Shown here piece by piece: positions 38,182 to 48,188 of a DNA stretch of 64,000 bases (position 1 is its first letter; each line of letters starts with the position of its first letter). This stretch comes from an uncultured delta proteobacterium (lineage in GTDB: Bacteria; Myxococcota_A; Polyangia; Haliangiales; Haliangiaceae): positions 2,368,001 through 2,432,000 of the forward strand of contig CAWKDB010000010.1 in the NCBI GenBank assembly GCA_963848295.1, read 5' to 3'. The notes under the pieces were generated by a model. That model did no database searches. It saw only the letters and a list, made by a program, of their open reading frames with translations, and was not told the origin of the DNA. Made by a program: the position numbers and the translations under genes.

Positions 38182-39321
38182 ATGCTGCCCGCGCTCCGTC
38201 CGATCGTGCACCGCGCGAGATGCCATCGCTCGCTCGCGGTTCCGCTGATCGCGACGAGTGCGGCGATCGCGATCGTGCTGGTCGGTGTTCGAGTGTTCGC
38301 GCTCGGCGAGCCGCGCGCTTCGCTCGCCGAGCCGCGCAACGTGATCGTCGTGGCGCCAGGCCACGATCGCGCGATCGTCGTGCCGATGCCGGTGCCGCTA
38401 GCCTTACCGACCGTCGCGGTTCGCGCCGCGTGCCCGACCGAGGTCGCCGTAGTCCGCCACGGTGACCCCGCGGGCCTCCCCGAGCCGATCGACCACGTGC
38501 GACCCGCGCCATCGAACGCGCAGTGGATCGCCGCCTGGAACGAACACAGCATCTTCGTCAGCACGAACGCGGGCGCGGCGTTCGCTCGAGTGCTCGACGG
38601 TCCCGGCGAGGTTCGAGACGTGGCCTTTGACTGCTACGGCCACGTGTTCGCGCTGCGCGGACAACAATTCGGCGTTCGCGCCGCCGGTCACGAGCTGTGG
38701 CGCGCGTTCGAGGCTCCCAACGCGTGGCTCGTCGGCGGCGGGCCCGACGCGATCGTCATCGGGCGCGCCGACACGGTCGACAATCCTCGGAACCGGATCT
38801 CGATCACGCCCGACCTGGGCGCGACCTGGCGTTACCTCGATCTCCGCGCCGACTTCGAAGGTGGGGCCGTGAGCGGACGGCAAGACGCCGTGGGGGTGAT
38901 CCGGGTCGCCGCCGCGATCCCCGACTGCATGGACGATATCCTCGACGCGATCACCGTGCGCGGCGATGCCGTGACCGAGGACTGGAAGGGCATCGCCGAA
39001 GGCGCTCGGTTCGCGCGCTACGGCGATCTCGAGGTCGCCGACGCCTCGCTGCGCCACACCGGCGCCGACCCGTGGCAGCCGATCGGAGGGCTGCCGCCGC
39101 CGAGCGATCCACCCGCGCAGGCGAGGCCGCTCGAAGGGCCGTATCCGGTGATGGCGAACGGCGCGCAGCTGTTCCGCATCGTGCGCGGCGTCGCGCGCGC
39201 GCTACCGGTCGAAGCCGTCGGCGAGGCGCAGGCGGTCGACGCGGCCGGCCGCGTCTGGTGCATCGACGGCGGCGTGCTCGCGCTCGCGCACAAGCCCGAT
39301 CTGAACGTCGACGGCGACTGA
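38182..39321 (+). CDS. Membrane-anchored hypothetical protein with Asp-box/BNR-like motifs
   Basis: N-terminal TM; VSTNAGAAF and ITPDLGATW motifs. Confidence 0.55.
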   Translation: MLPALRPIVHRARCHRSLAVPLIATSAAIAIVLVGVRVFALGEPRASLAEPRNVIVVAPGHDRAIVVPMPVPLALPTVAVRAACPTEVAVVRHGDPAGLPEPIDHVRPAPSNAQWIAAWNEHSIFVSTNAGAAFARVLDGPGEVRDVAFDCYGHVFALRGQQFGVRAAGHELWRAFEAPNAWLVGGGPDAIVIGRADTVDNPRNRISITPDLGATWRYLDLRADFEGGAVSGRQDAVGVIRVAAAIPDCMDDILDAITVRGDAVTEDWKGIAEGARFARYGDLEVADASLRHTGADPWQPIGGLPPPSDPPAQARPLEGPYPVMANGAQLFRIVRGVARALPVEAVGEAQAVDAAGRVWCIDGGVLALAHKPDLNVDGD

Positions 39322-39326
39322 CGCGC

Positions 39327-40244
39327 TCAGGCGGCGATCGCGTCGAGGAACGTCCGCGCGTGGGTCGCCCAGTCGCTGGCGGTGTCGAGCTCGAGGTAGC
39401 GCTCGAGGTGCTGCTTGGCCTGCGCGGTGCCGCCGACGTGCGCGAGCATGAGGCCGAGGTTGTAGTGCGCGTCCGCGAACTCGGGGAACGACGAGCACAC
39501 GCGGCGCAGCTCGGCGATCGCCAGGTCGGTATCGCCGAGGTCTTCGAGGAGGTTGGCGTAGTTGTAGCGAGCCTCGGGCTGCCCGGGATCGTGCTCGAGC
39601 GCGCGCTCGTAGAGCCGGCGCGCCTCGTCGAGCTCGCCCTGGCGATAGACCAGGTTGCCGAGGTTGGTCAGCGCGGCGGCCATGTTCGGCTCGAGCTCGA
39701 CCGCGAGCCGGAACAAGTGCTCGGCGGTCTGATGATCGCCGCGATCTTCGGCCGCGCACGCTTCGACGAAGTGGCGATATGCGGTCGTGCCGCCGTTCGC
39801 TTCGGTCGGCGAGTCCTCGATCGGCTGCGGCGCACTCGGGTCGACGCGCGGCATCGCGAGCACCTCGGCGACGTGCTCGCCGAAGCTCTTGACCGTGAAC
39901 GCCATCACGACCTGGCCGCCGATCGGCTCGAACGCGACGTCGTCGGCGAGCGCGACGATCGTGTTGCCGTCGCAACACACGCGGAGCTTGCTCGTCGGGT
40001 GCGTGTCGTCCGGCAACAGCTTGCGGAGCGCCTCCACGTTCTTGCGCGCCTTCTGCAGCGGCAGCCCGCCGGCGAGCAGGTCCTTCGCGGCCTTGACCGC
40101 GACGAGATCGCAGAACGTGTAGTAGAAGCGACCGCCCTTGCGCACGGTCGGGCCGACGAAGCCGACCTGCGTCCAGTAACGCAGCCGCGACTCCTGAACG
40201 GCGAGGATCCGGGCGACATCACGCAGCGAGTAGAGTTCGATCAT
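39327..40244 (-). CDS. MerR-type HTH + TPR protein
   Basis: YSLRDVARILAVQESRLRYW..YYTFCDL; TPRs ALTNLGNLVY, ARYNYANLL, AHYNLGLML. Start overlaps the upstream stop. Confidence 0.85.
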   Translation of the reverse strand: MIELYSLRDVARILAVQESRLRYWTQVGFVGPTVRKGGRFYYTFCDLVAVKAAKDLLAGGLPLQKARKNVEALRKLLPDDTHPTSKLRVCCDGNTIVALADDVAFEPIGGQVVMAFTVKSFGEHVAEVLAMPRVDPSAPQPIEDSPTEANGGTTAYRHFVEACAAEDRGDHQTAEHLFRLAVELEPNMAAALTNLGNLVYRQGELDEARRLYERALEHDPGQPEARYNYANLLEDLGDTDLAIAELRRVCSSFPEFADAHYNLGLMLAHVGGTAQAKQHLERYLELDTASDWATHARTFLDAIAA

Positions 40245-40705
40245 GGACGGCTCCGTTGGGCTAGACGCGCTTGGGCTTGCGCTTCGATGTTGAGGCTGAG
40301 GTGAAGCTCCGAGCCGACCGCCCGGCTCTCGAGATCGACGAGCGGCGAGGCGAGCTCGCAACCGGCCGTGCGCCGCGCCTCGGCGAGGCCGAACCGGCGT
40401 GCATGATCGCGGCAGCGCTCGTCGGCGGCGTACAGGAACGCGACGCGTTGCGCGGTCGAGGCATCGGGTGGATCCGAGATCTGCGCGGTCGTCCGTGCGA
40501 GATCGATCGTCAGCATCGTCGACCCGGCGTACATGCCGTGATCGACCTCGCCCTCCGACAGCACGCGAGCCGCGTCGTGCAGCAGCTCCAGCGCCGCCGG
40601 CGCGAGCCGGATCGTGACCTCGCGCTCGAACAGCGACACCCGGCGGGCCAGCGCCATCGGCTTGCGAGGGGGCTTTGCGGCGGGCGCGCGTCGGGGCTTT
40701 GCCAT
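40241..40705 (-). CDS. Hypothetical protein
   Basis: 154-aa ORF translationally coupled (ATGA) to the MerR-TPR gene. Confidence 0.65.
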   Translation of the reverse strand: MAKPRRAPAAKPPRKPMALARRVSLFEREVTIRLAPAALELLHDAARVLSEGEVDHGMYAGSTMLTIDLARTTAQISDPPDASTAQRVAFLYAADERCRDHARRFGLAEARRTAGCELASPLVDLESRAVGSELHLSLNIEAQAQARLAQRSRP

Positions 40706-40811
40706 GCGAGAAAAAATGGTAGCGGGCGGCTAGGTCGGATCGCCAATTTCCAGCCGTGCCCGGTCGCCTATACAGGTCCGACCGGGCGTGATAGGGCTTG
40801 AAGGGCCCGGT

Positions 40812-42347
<1,536 letters not shown>

Positions 42348-42420
42348 CCGGCGCGAAATGTCACTGCCGGGCGTGCGAAACCGTGCGACCGTTGGAGCAG
42401 TCGTGGCGTCTGAACAGAGG

Positions 42421-43776
42421 ATGCTGAACCGCTCGCTCGCCCTCGTTGCCTGCGCGTGGTGCGCGTGCGACGGCGCTGCCACCCCCGATCCCGCAGCCGC
42501 CGCGAAGGTCGCGATGGCTCCGGTCGTTCCGAGCGATGCTCCTCCGGCGTCGGTCGTCGCGAAGACGATCGCGGTGCAAGTCCGGCCGCCAAGGCCGTGG
42601 GAGGTCGATCTCACCGGCGTGGTCTACGACACCGCGCTCGACTGCGTGGCCAACCGGATCCACGACCTGTCGGACCCCGATCGCTACGCGGCGGTCGCGG
42701 CTTGTGGTGAGCCGTTCATCGTCAACGATGCCAAGCGCGTGATGAAAGATGCCGCCGCCAAGGCGATCTCGGAGCTCCGCGAGGGCACCGACGAGCAGAC
42801 CTCGCTCCATATCGGCACCGCGGTCGACGGCGAGTTCGTCTCGATCGTTTCGGCGCCGTCGCAGCTCGAGCTCGAGCCGTACCACGCGGGCGACCTCGAG
42901 ATCCGTGGACGGCTGGTCGCGGGTCGGACGCTATCCGCGAACGTGTCGACCGGCGCCGGCGTGACCGGCGAAAAGCTCGCGATGGTCGACGGCAAGTTCG
43001 CGTTCGACATCTCGCAGCGCGTCGATGCCGATGTCGAGCTGATCGGCGTCGACCCGACGGACAAGACCAACCTCGTGCTCGCTCGATTTCGGATCGGCGA
43101 AGGCAGCCCGTTGTTCGCGGTGCGCGGCACGTTGCTCGAACGCGCGAACGCCGCACGCGCCCACGTCGGCCTCGCACCGTTGCTGTCGTCGAGCACGCTC
43201 GGTAGCTGTGATTCGATCGCACCGCGGGTCAGCGGCGTCGACGTCACCGACATCGCGACCTGCCAGCAGATTCAATCGACGTGGTCCGAGGTGCTCTCGC
43301 GTCAGATCGCGTACAGCCCGTCGTTCCAGTCCGCGCTGCTCGTCAGGCGAGCCGCGGTGCTCGAGTACGGTGCGCGCGATGCCACGACCGTGTCGTACCG
43401 CCTGCTCAACCGGTTCGAGCAGCTGAGCCCGACCGCGCTGCACTCGCACGTGATGATGAAGCTGCACGATCGCTGGCCGTCGCTCGTCGAGCGCCCGGTT
43501 CCCCACGATGCCCTCGACATCGCGGCGCTCGCCGCCGGCAAGCCGCCGGTCGAGCTGAGCCCCACGCTCCAGGCGAAGCTGCACAAGGTCGGTAACACGT
43601 GGAGCTGGACGCACCACTCGTATGTCACCGTCGTCAGCGCGCGTGACCTGCAACAGACCGTGAACCTGATCGACCCCGATGACACGCCCGACGAGGTCGC
43701 GTTCTCGGCGCGGCAAGTCCGCGGCAGCGACGGTGCGATGTACCAGGTGATCGCGATCGCCCTGTCGCAGCCATAG
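42421..43776 (+). CDS. Hypothetical lipoprotein
   Basis: Signal with Cys (ACAWCAC); short CAP-like motif NAARAHVGLAPL. Confidence 0.55.
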   Translation: MLNRSLALVACAWCACDGAATPDPAAAAKVAMAPVVPSDAPPASVVAKTIAVQVRPPRPWEVDLTGVVYDTALDCVANRIHDLSDPDRYAAVAACGEPFIVNDAKRVMKDAAAKAISELREGTDEQTSLHIGTAVDGEFVSIVSAPSQLELEPYHAGDLEIRGRLVAGRTLSANVSTGAGVTGEKLAMVDGKFAFDISQRVDADVELIGVDPTDKTNLVLARFRIGEGSPLFAVRGTLLERANAARAHVGLAPLLSSSTLGSCDSIAPRVSGVDVTDIATCQQIQSTWSEVLSRQIAYSPSFQSALLVRRAAVLEYGARDATTVSYRLLNRFEQLSPTALHSHVMMKLHDRWPSLVERPVPHDALDIAALAAGKPPVELSPTLQAKLHKVGNTWSWTHHSYVTVVSARDLQQTVNLIDPDDTPDEVAFSARQVRGSDGAMYQVIAIALSQP

Positions 43777-43805
43777 CGAGCCCCGTTAACGGGTACCATC
43801 AGCGC

Positions 43806-44762
43806 GTGCGCGCTCTGTTCATCCTCGACCCGCTCGATCGCCTCGGACTCGCCGGCGATACGTCCTATGCGTTGATGCTCGAAGCCGCCGCGCGCGGCTG
43901 GGACGTGTGGACCTGCCAGGTCGAGCACCTCGGGCTGGTCGGCGACGATGCGGTCGTCGACGCGGTGCCGACGATCGTGACGCCTGCGACGACGGCCGCC
44001 GAGGCGTTTCAGGTCGAGGCGCGTGCGGCGCGGCGACTCGCCGACTTCGACGTCGTGCTGATGCGCAAGGATCCGCCGGTCGATGTCGCCTACCTGCACG
44101 CGACGTGGATCCTCGATCACGCGCGCGGCAAGACGTTGCTCGTCAACGATCCACGCGGTCTGCGCGAGCTCAACGAGCACCTCGCGGTGCTGCGGTTCCC
44201 GAACCTCACGCCGCCGACGATCGTGACCCGCTCGGCCGAGCGGTTGCGCGCGTTCCAGCGCGAGCAAGGCGGCGCGATCGTGGTCAAGCCGGTCGATGGC
44301 TACGGCGGGCTCGGGATCTTCGTCGTGCGCGACGGCGATCCGAACGCGAGCTCGATCCTCGAGACGTCGACCGATGCCGGGCGAAAGTGGACGATCGCCC
44401 AGCGGTTCTTGCCCGAGGTCGTGCAAGGCGACAAGCGGATCGTGCTCGTCGACGGCGAGCCGGTCGGCGCGGTGCTGCGCGTGCCGGCCGAGGCCGAAGC
44501 GCGAGGCAACTTGCATGTCGGTGGTCGCCCGGTGAAGTGCGCGATCGACGCGCGCGATCGCGAGATCATCGCGGCGGTCGCGCCGATGCTGCGCGACCAT
44601 GGCCAGATCCTCGTCGGGCTCGACGTGATCGGCGGCATGCTCACCGAGCTCAACATCACGTCGCCGACCGGGATCCGGCACATCGCGCGGCTCGAGGACC
44701 GCAACGTCGCGGCGCCGATCCTCGAGCGCTTCGAGCAGATGGCGCGTGCGTTGCGCGCTTAG
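43806..44762 (+). CDS. gshB: Glutathione synthetase
   Basis: FILDP..DTSYALMLEA; MRKDPPVD; VKPVDGYGGLGIF; GDKRI; RGNLHVGG; GLDVIGG.LTELNITSPTG. Confidence 0.95.
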   Translation: MRALFILDPLDRLGLAGDTSYALMLEAAARGWDVWTCQVEHLGLVGDDAVVDAVPTIVTPATTAAEAFQVEARAARRLADFDVVLMRKDPPVDVAYLHATWILDHARGKTLLVNDPRGLRELNEHLAVLRFPNLTPPTIVTRSAERLRAFQREQGGAIVVKPVDGYGGLGIFVVRDGDPNASSILETSTDAGRKWTIAQRFLPEVVQGDKRIVLVDGEPVGAVLRVPAEAEARGNLHVGGRPVKCAIDARDREIIAAVAPMLRDHGQILVGLDVIGGMLTELNITSPTGIRHIARLEDRNVAAPILERFEQMARALRA

Positions 44763-45501
44763 CCTCGCGGCCTGCGCGGTCGTCGCCGCGTGCACGCCGG
44801 CGCCGCACATCTCGATCCCGCGCTCGGCCGGGATCCAGATCGGCACGGTCACGCTCGGGCTGTCGAACGTCCACGTGATCTTCGGCGACCATCCGGTCCT
44901 CGTCGACACCGGCTCGCCCGGCGAGTACTACGAGCTCGAGCGTGGGCTCGCGAAGCTCGGGGTCAAGCTCGACGACGTGCGCTGCGCGGTCGTCACCCAC
45001 GGCCACGCCGATCACGCCGGCGGCGCGCGAGCGTTGCAGCAGCGCGGCATCAAGATCATCGCGGGCGACGGCGATCTATGGCGAGAGATCGCCGGCGTGC
45101 ACGGTCATCTGAAGGCGACGAGCTTGTTCGCGGTCTTGCTCGAGGCGGTGATCCCGAGTCACTACGAGCCGTTCTGGCCCGACGTCCGCGTGCACGACCG
45201 CTACGACCTGCGGGCGTGCGGCGTCGACGGTGAGGTCGTGGTCGCGCCCGGCCACACCGCGGGCTCGGTCGTCGTGCTCGTCGCGGGCGGCACGATCGCG
45301 CTGGTCGGCGACTTGTTTCGCGGCGGCGCGCTCGCCGGTTACGTCCATCCCGGCGAGCCGAAAGACCACTTCTACCAGGACGATCTCGCGATGGCGCACG
45401 CGCGCATTCGCTGGTTGCTCGCGCGAGGCGTGCAGTGGTTCGTGCTCGGCCACGGCGGGCCGTGCAAGCGCGCCGATGTCGAGCGCGTGTTCGGCCATTG
45501 A
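44746..45501 (+). CDS. MBL-fold metallo-hydrolase, probable lipoprotein
   Basis: LVDTG, THGHADHAGG, PGHTAGS, VGD, GHG; N-terminal VAAC. Confidence 0.85.
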   Translation: MRCALSLAACAVVAACTPAPHISIPRSAGIQIGTVTLGLSNVHVIFGDHPVLVDTGSPGEYYELERGLAKLGVKLDDVRCAVVTHGHADHAGGARALQQRGIKIIAGDGDLWREIAGVHGHLKATSLFAVLLEAVIPSHYEPFWPDVRVHDRYDLRACGVDGEVVVAPGHTAGSVVVLVAGGTIALVGDLFRGGALAGYVHPGEPKDHFYQDDLAMAHARIRWLLARGVQWFVLGHGGPCKRADVERVFGH

Positions 45502-45608
45502 CGGACAGATCCGGACACGCGCCGGACATCCGGACGCACGAGCGCGATCTCTCGCCGGGTTAGCCGCGGCATCGATCGTGCTGTTGCTCCCGAACGAGAG
45601 GAGCTAAC

Positions 45609-45980
45609 GTGGACGACGACAACGCTATGGATGCGCCGGTCACCCGCAGAGAATTCCGAGAAGGCATCGCCGAGGTGCGAACCGAGGTCGCCGAGGTGCG
45701 AACCGAGCTGAAGGGCGACATCGCCGAGCTCCGAACCGAGCTGAAGAGCGACATGGCAGCGCTCCGAACCGAGCTGAAGAGCGACAACGCAGCGCTCGCA
45801 ACCGAGCTCCGGCGCGTCGTCGGAGAGGAGATCGCGCATCAGTTCAAGCTGATCCAGGAGAGCTTCAGCTTCCAGTTTCGCGCGATCGACGACCAGTACA
45901 CCGACTTACCGACTCGCGTCACGCGACTCGAGCAAGCGGTGTTTCCAGTGAAGCCGACGCGGGCGCGGCGCAAGAGCTAG
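45609..45980 (+). CDS. Small coiled-coil repeat protein
   Basis: GAGGAG RBS; 7- and 11-residue repeats (AEVRTEV; ELKxDxAxLRT). Confidence 0.7.
   Translation: MDDDNAMDAPVTRREFREGIAEVRTEVAEVRTELKGDIAELRTELKSDMAALRTELKSDNAALATELRRVVGEEIAHQFKLIQESFSFQFRAIDDQYTDLPTRVTRLEQAVFPVKPTRARRKS
45667..45809 (+). repeat. 21-bp x2 and 33-bp x3 coding tandem repeats
   Basis: cgaaccgagctgaagRgcgaca... recurs with a 33-bp period. Confidence 0.85.
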
Positions 45981-48094
45981 CGACCGACGACGCACAGGAT
46001 GTCGGTGCCGGCGTCGACGCACGCGTCGGCCGCGCCGTCGCCGTCGAGATCGCCGAGCCACAACGCGGTCGCGGTCGTGCCGGCCGGAAACACCGCGAGC
46101 GTCGCGGCGAGCGGCCCGAAGCCGCGGCCCGTGCTGCGCGCGCAGGTGACGCCGCCGGTGACGATCGAGCACAGATCCGCGCGACCATCGCCATCGATGT
46201 CGGCGACCGCGCTCGTGATCGCGTCGGCCGGCGCCGGATCGGGCGGCGCCCCCATGCCTCCGTCCGCGTCGGCGTTCGAGTAACCCCACGGCTCGCCATC
46301 GGTCGTCAGGCTCGTCTCGGCGGCGACGCTGCACGCCACGCCGTCCGCCGTCACCGCGCACCAATCGGCATCGCCGTCGCCGTCGAGCTCGGCCGGGAAT
46401 CCGATCGTCGCCGCCATCGGCCAGGTCGATTGCACGGTCGTCGCGGTCGGGGTCGCGCACACCTCGCCTTCGGTCGCGAGCCCGCAGATCGCGGGCACTC
46501 CGGCGATCGCGACGATCGCGAGGGATGCGGACGTCGCGGCTTGCACGTCATTATCGGCGAACGCCGAGCTCCACCGGGTCGCCGCGAACCCGCTCGCCGC
46601 GGTCGCGCACAGGAGGCCCATCGTGTCGCGGCCGCACGCATCGGTCAGGCCATCGCCGTCGACGTCGCCGAGCACGAGGCTGTCGGGATCGATCGCGAGC
46701 GGAGAGATCGCGGCGTCGATCCGGGTCGCCGCGGCGAAGCCTCCGGTGCCGTCGCCGGGTGCACAGCGCAGCGCGCCGCCGTCGATCGCGCACAGGTCGG
46801 CCTTGCCGTCGCCGGTGAGGTCTCCGATCCGGACCGCGCGACCGGTCGCGGTGAGCCCGAGCGCGGCGCGCGGCGTCGCCTTTGCGATCGGCGAGATGCT
46901 CCACGTCGGCGCGCCGTCTTGGCCGCACAGCACGGCGTGGGCGTGGCCGCCGCCGGTGCCGAGGCAATCGAGGTGGGCGTAGTCCATGCCGGTCTGCGGG
47001 TACGGCGGGATGCCGACCCAGATATGGCCTTCGTCGTCGAGGCGAAAGCTCTGCTCCGGCCCGCCGTGGCACGTGCCTGCGACGAGCTCGCCGGTCGGCA
47101 GCGCCTCGAGACAGCGCGTATCGACCTTCAGCGCGCCGCCCGGCACGAACGTCCACACCGGCGCGGTCGCGCAGTCGCCCATCAAGATCCCGCCGTCTTG
47201 GGTCGCCGACGCGCACATGCCACCGGTCGCGAGCTGGCCGGTCGCGCTGCGCCGAAATCCGAGCGCGTAACGGCGATGCATCCAGATGACGTGCGACTTG
47301 TCGATCGTCGTGCACGCTTGACTACATGCCGCGCAGCCCGTCGCGCACGCTTCGTAGTGCGACAGCACCGGGAACACGTAGTCGTAGATCGGGTCGATCT
47401 TGTCGGCGACATCATCGTCGATGTTGTAGCCGCGATACGAGATCAGATCGGCCGTACTGCCGGTCGCCGAGGCGGCGAGCACCGCGAGCGCGCCGACGAT
47501 CATATGGTCGGTGTGATCGTAGCCGTGCGTCCCCGCGACCTCGAGCGTGTGGATCGTCGTCGGATCGGTCGTCGTCATGATCTCGGACAGCACCGAGATC
47601 AGCCCGGCCTGATCGTAGCTCGCCTTGCGATCGGCCACCGTGTCCGCGCTCGTGATGTCGCCTTCCCACAACTTGAGCAGGCTGTGATCGTATTCCCCGT
47701 GGATCCCGCCATCGGGGTACGCGAGGAATACGAGCGACACGTTCGCGGCTGCGAGCCGGCAGTGTTGCGCGACGTGATCGGCGATCGTGATCCAGCCGCA
47801 TTGCCATGCGTCGTACGGCTGATTCGCCGCGGCGCCGTAGGCGTAGCGCAGCGCGCGATAGCGGCGGTTGGCGTTCGACGTGCCACCGGTGCCGTTGCCC
47901 GCCGTGACGTAGACCGTGGTCACGCCTTGACCGCCGCGTACCGCTTCGACGAGGTCCGGCTGCATGAAGAGCAGGTCATCGTCTTCGTGGGCGACGATCA
48001 CGAGGTCGCGGCTCGGCGCGAGCGGCTCGCCGAGCGGCAGATCATTGTCACCGCAAGCGGCCACCGCGATCAGTGCGAGCAAGAAGGTGCGCAC
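45977..48094 (-). CDS. Lipoprotein: PIG-L family deacetylase + ricin-B-like lectin + FG-GAP/VCBS repeats
   Basis: VAAC lipobox; IVAHEDDDLLF, VYVTAG, DHTDH; Cys-rich ricin-like region; repeated GDLTGDGKADLC / GDVDGDGLTDAC / DIDGDGRADLC. Confidence 0.85.
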   Translation of the reverse strand: MRTFLLALIAVAACGDNDLPLGEPLAPSRDLVIVAHEDDDLLFMQPDLVEAVRGGQGVTTVYVTAGNGTGGTSNANRRYRALRYAYGAAANQPYDAWQCGWITIADHVAQHCRLAAANVSLVFLAYPDGGIHGEYDHSLLKLWEGDITSADTVADRKASYDQAGLISVLSEIMTTTDPTTIHTLEVAGTHGYDHTDHMIVGALAVLAASATGSTADLISYRGYNIDDDVADKIDPIYDYVFPVLSHYEACATGCAACSQACTTIDKSHVIWMHRRYALGFRRSATGQLATGGMCASATQDGGILMGDCATAPVWTFVPGGALKVDTRCLEALPTGELVAGTCHGGPEQSFRLDDEGHIWVGIPPYPQTGMDYAHLDCLGTGGGHAHAVLCGQDGAPTWSISPIAKATPRAALGLTATGRAVRIGDLTGDGKADLCAIDGGALRCAPGDGTGGFAAATRIDAAISPLAIDPDSLVLGDVDGDGLTDACGRDTMGLLCATAASGFAATRWSSAFADNDVQAATSASLAIVAIAGVPAICGLATEGEVCATPTATTVQSTWPMAATIGFPAELDGDGDADWCAVTADGVACSVAAETSLTTDGEPWGYSNADADGGMGAPPDPAPADAITSAVADIDGDGRADLCSIVTGGVTCARSTGRGFGPLAATLAVFPAGTTATALWLGDLDGDGAADACVDAGTDILCVVGR

Positions 48095-48188
48095 CGGCGC
48101 ATGCTCGTCGGTCGGCGCGCCGCGAGCAAGGGTCAAGTCGCCTCACCGCGACATTGCCGGCGACCGAACCCCCGTGGTAACCGGGGAC

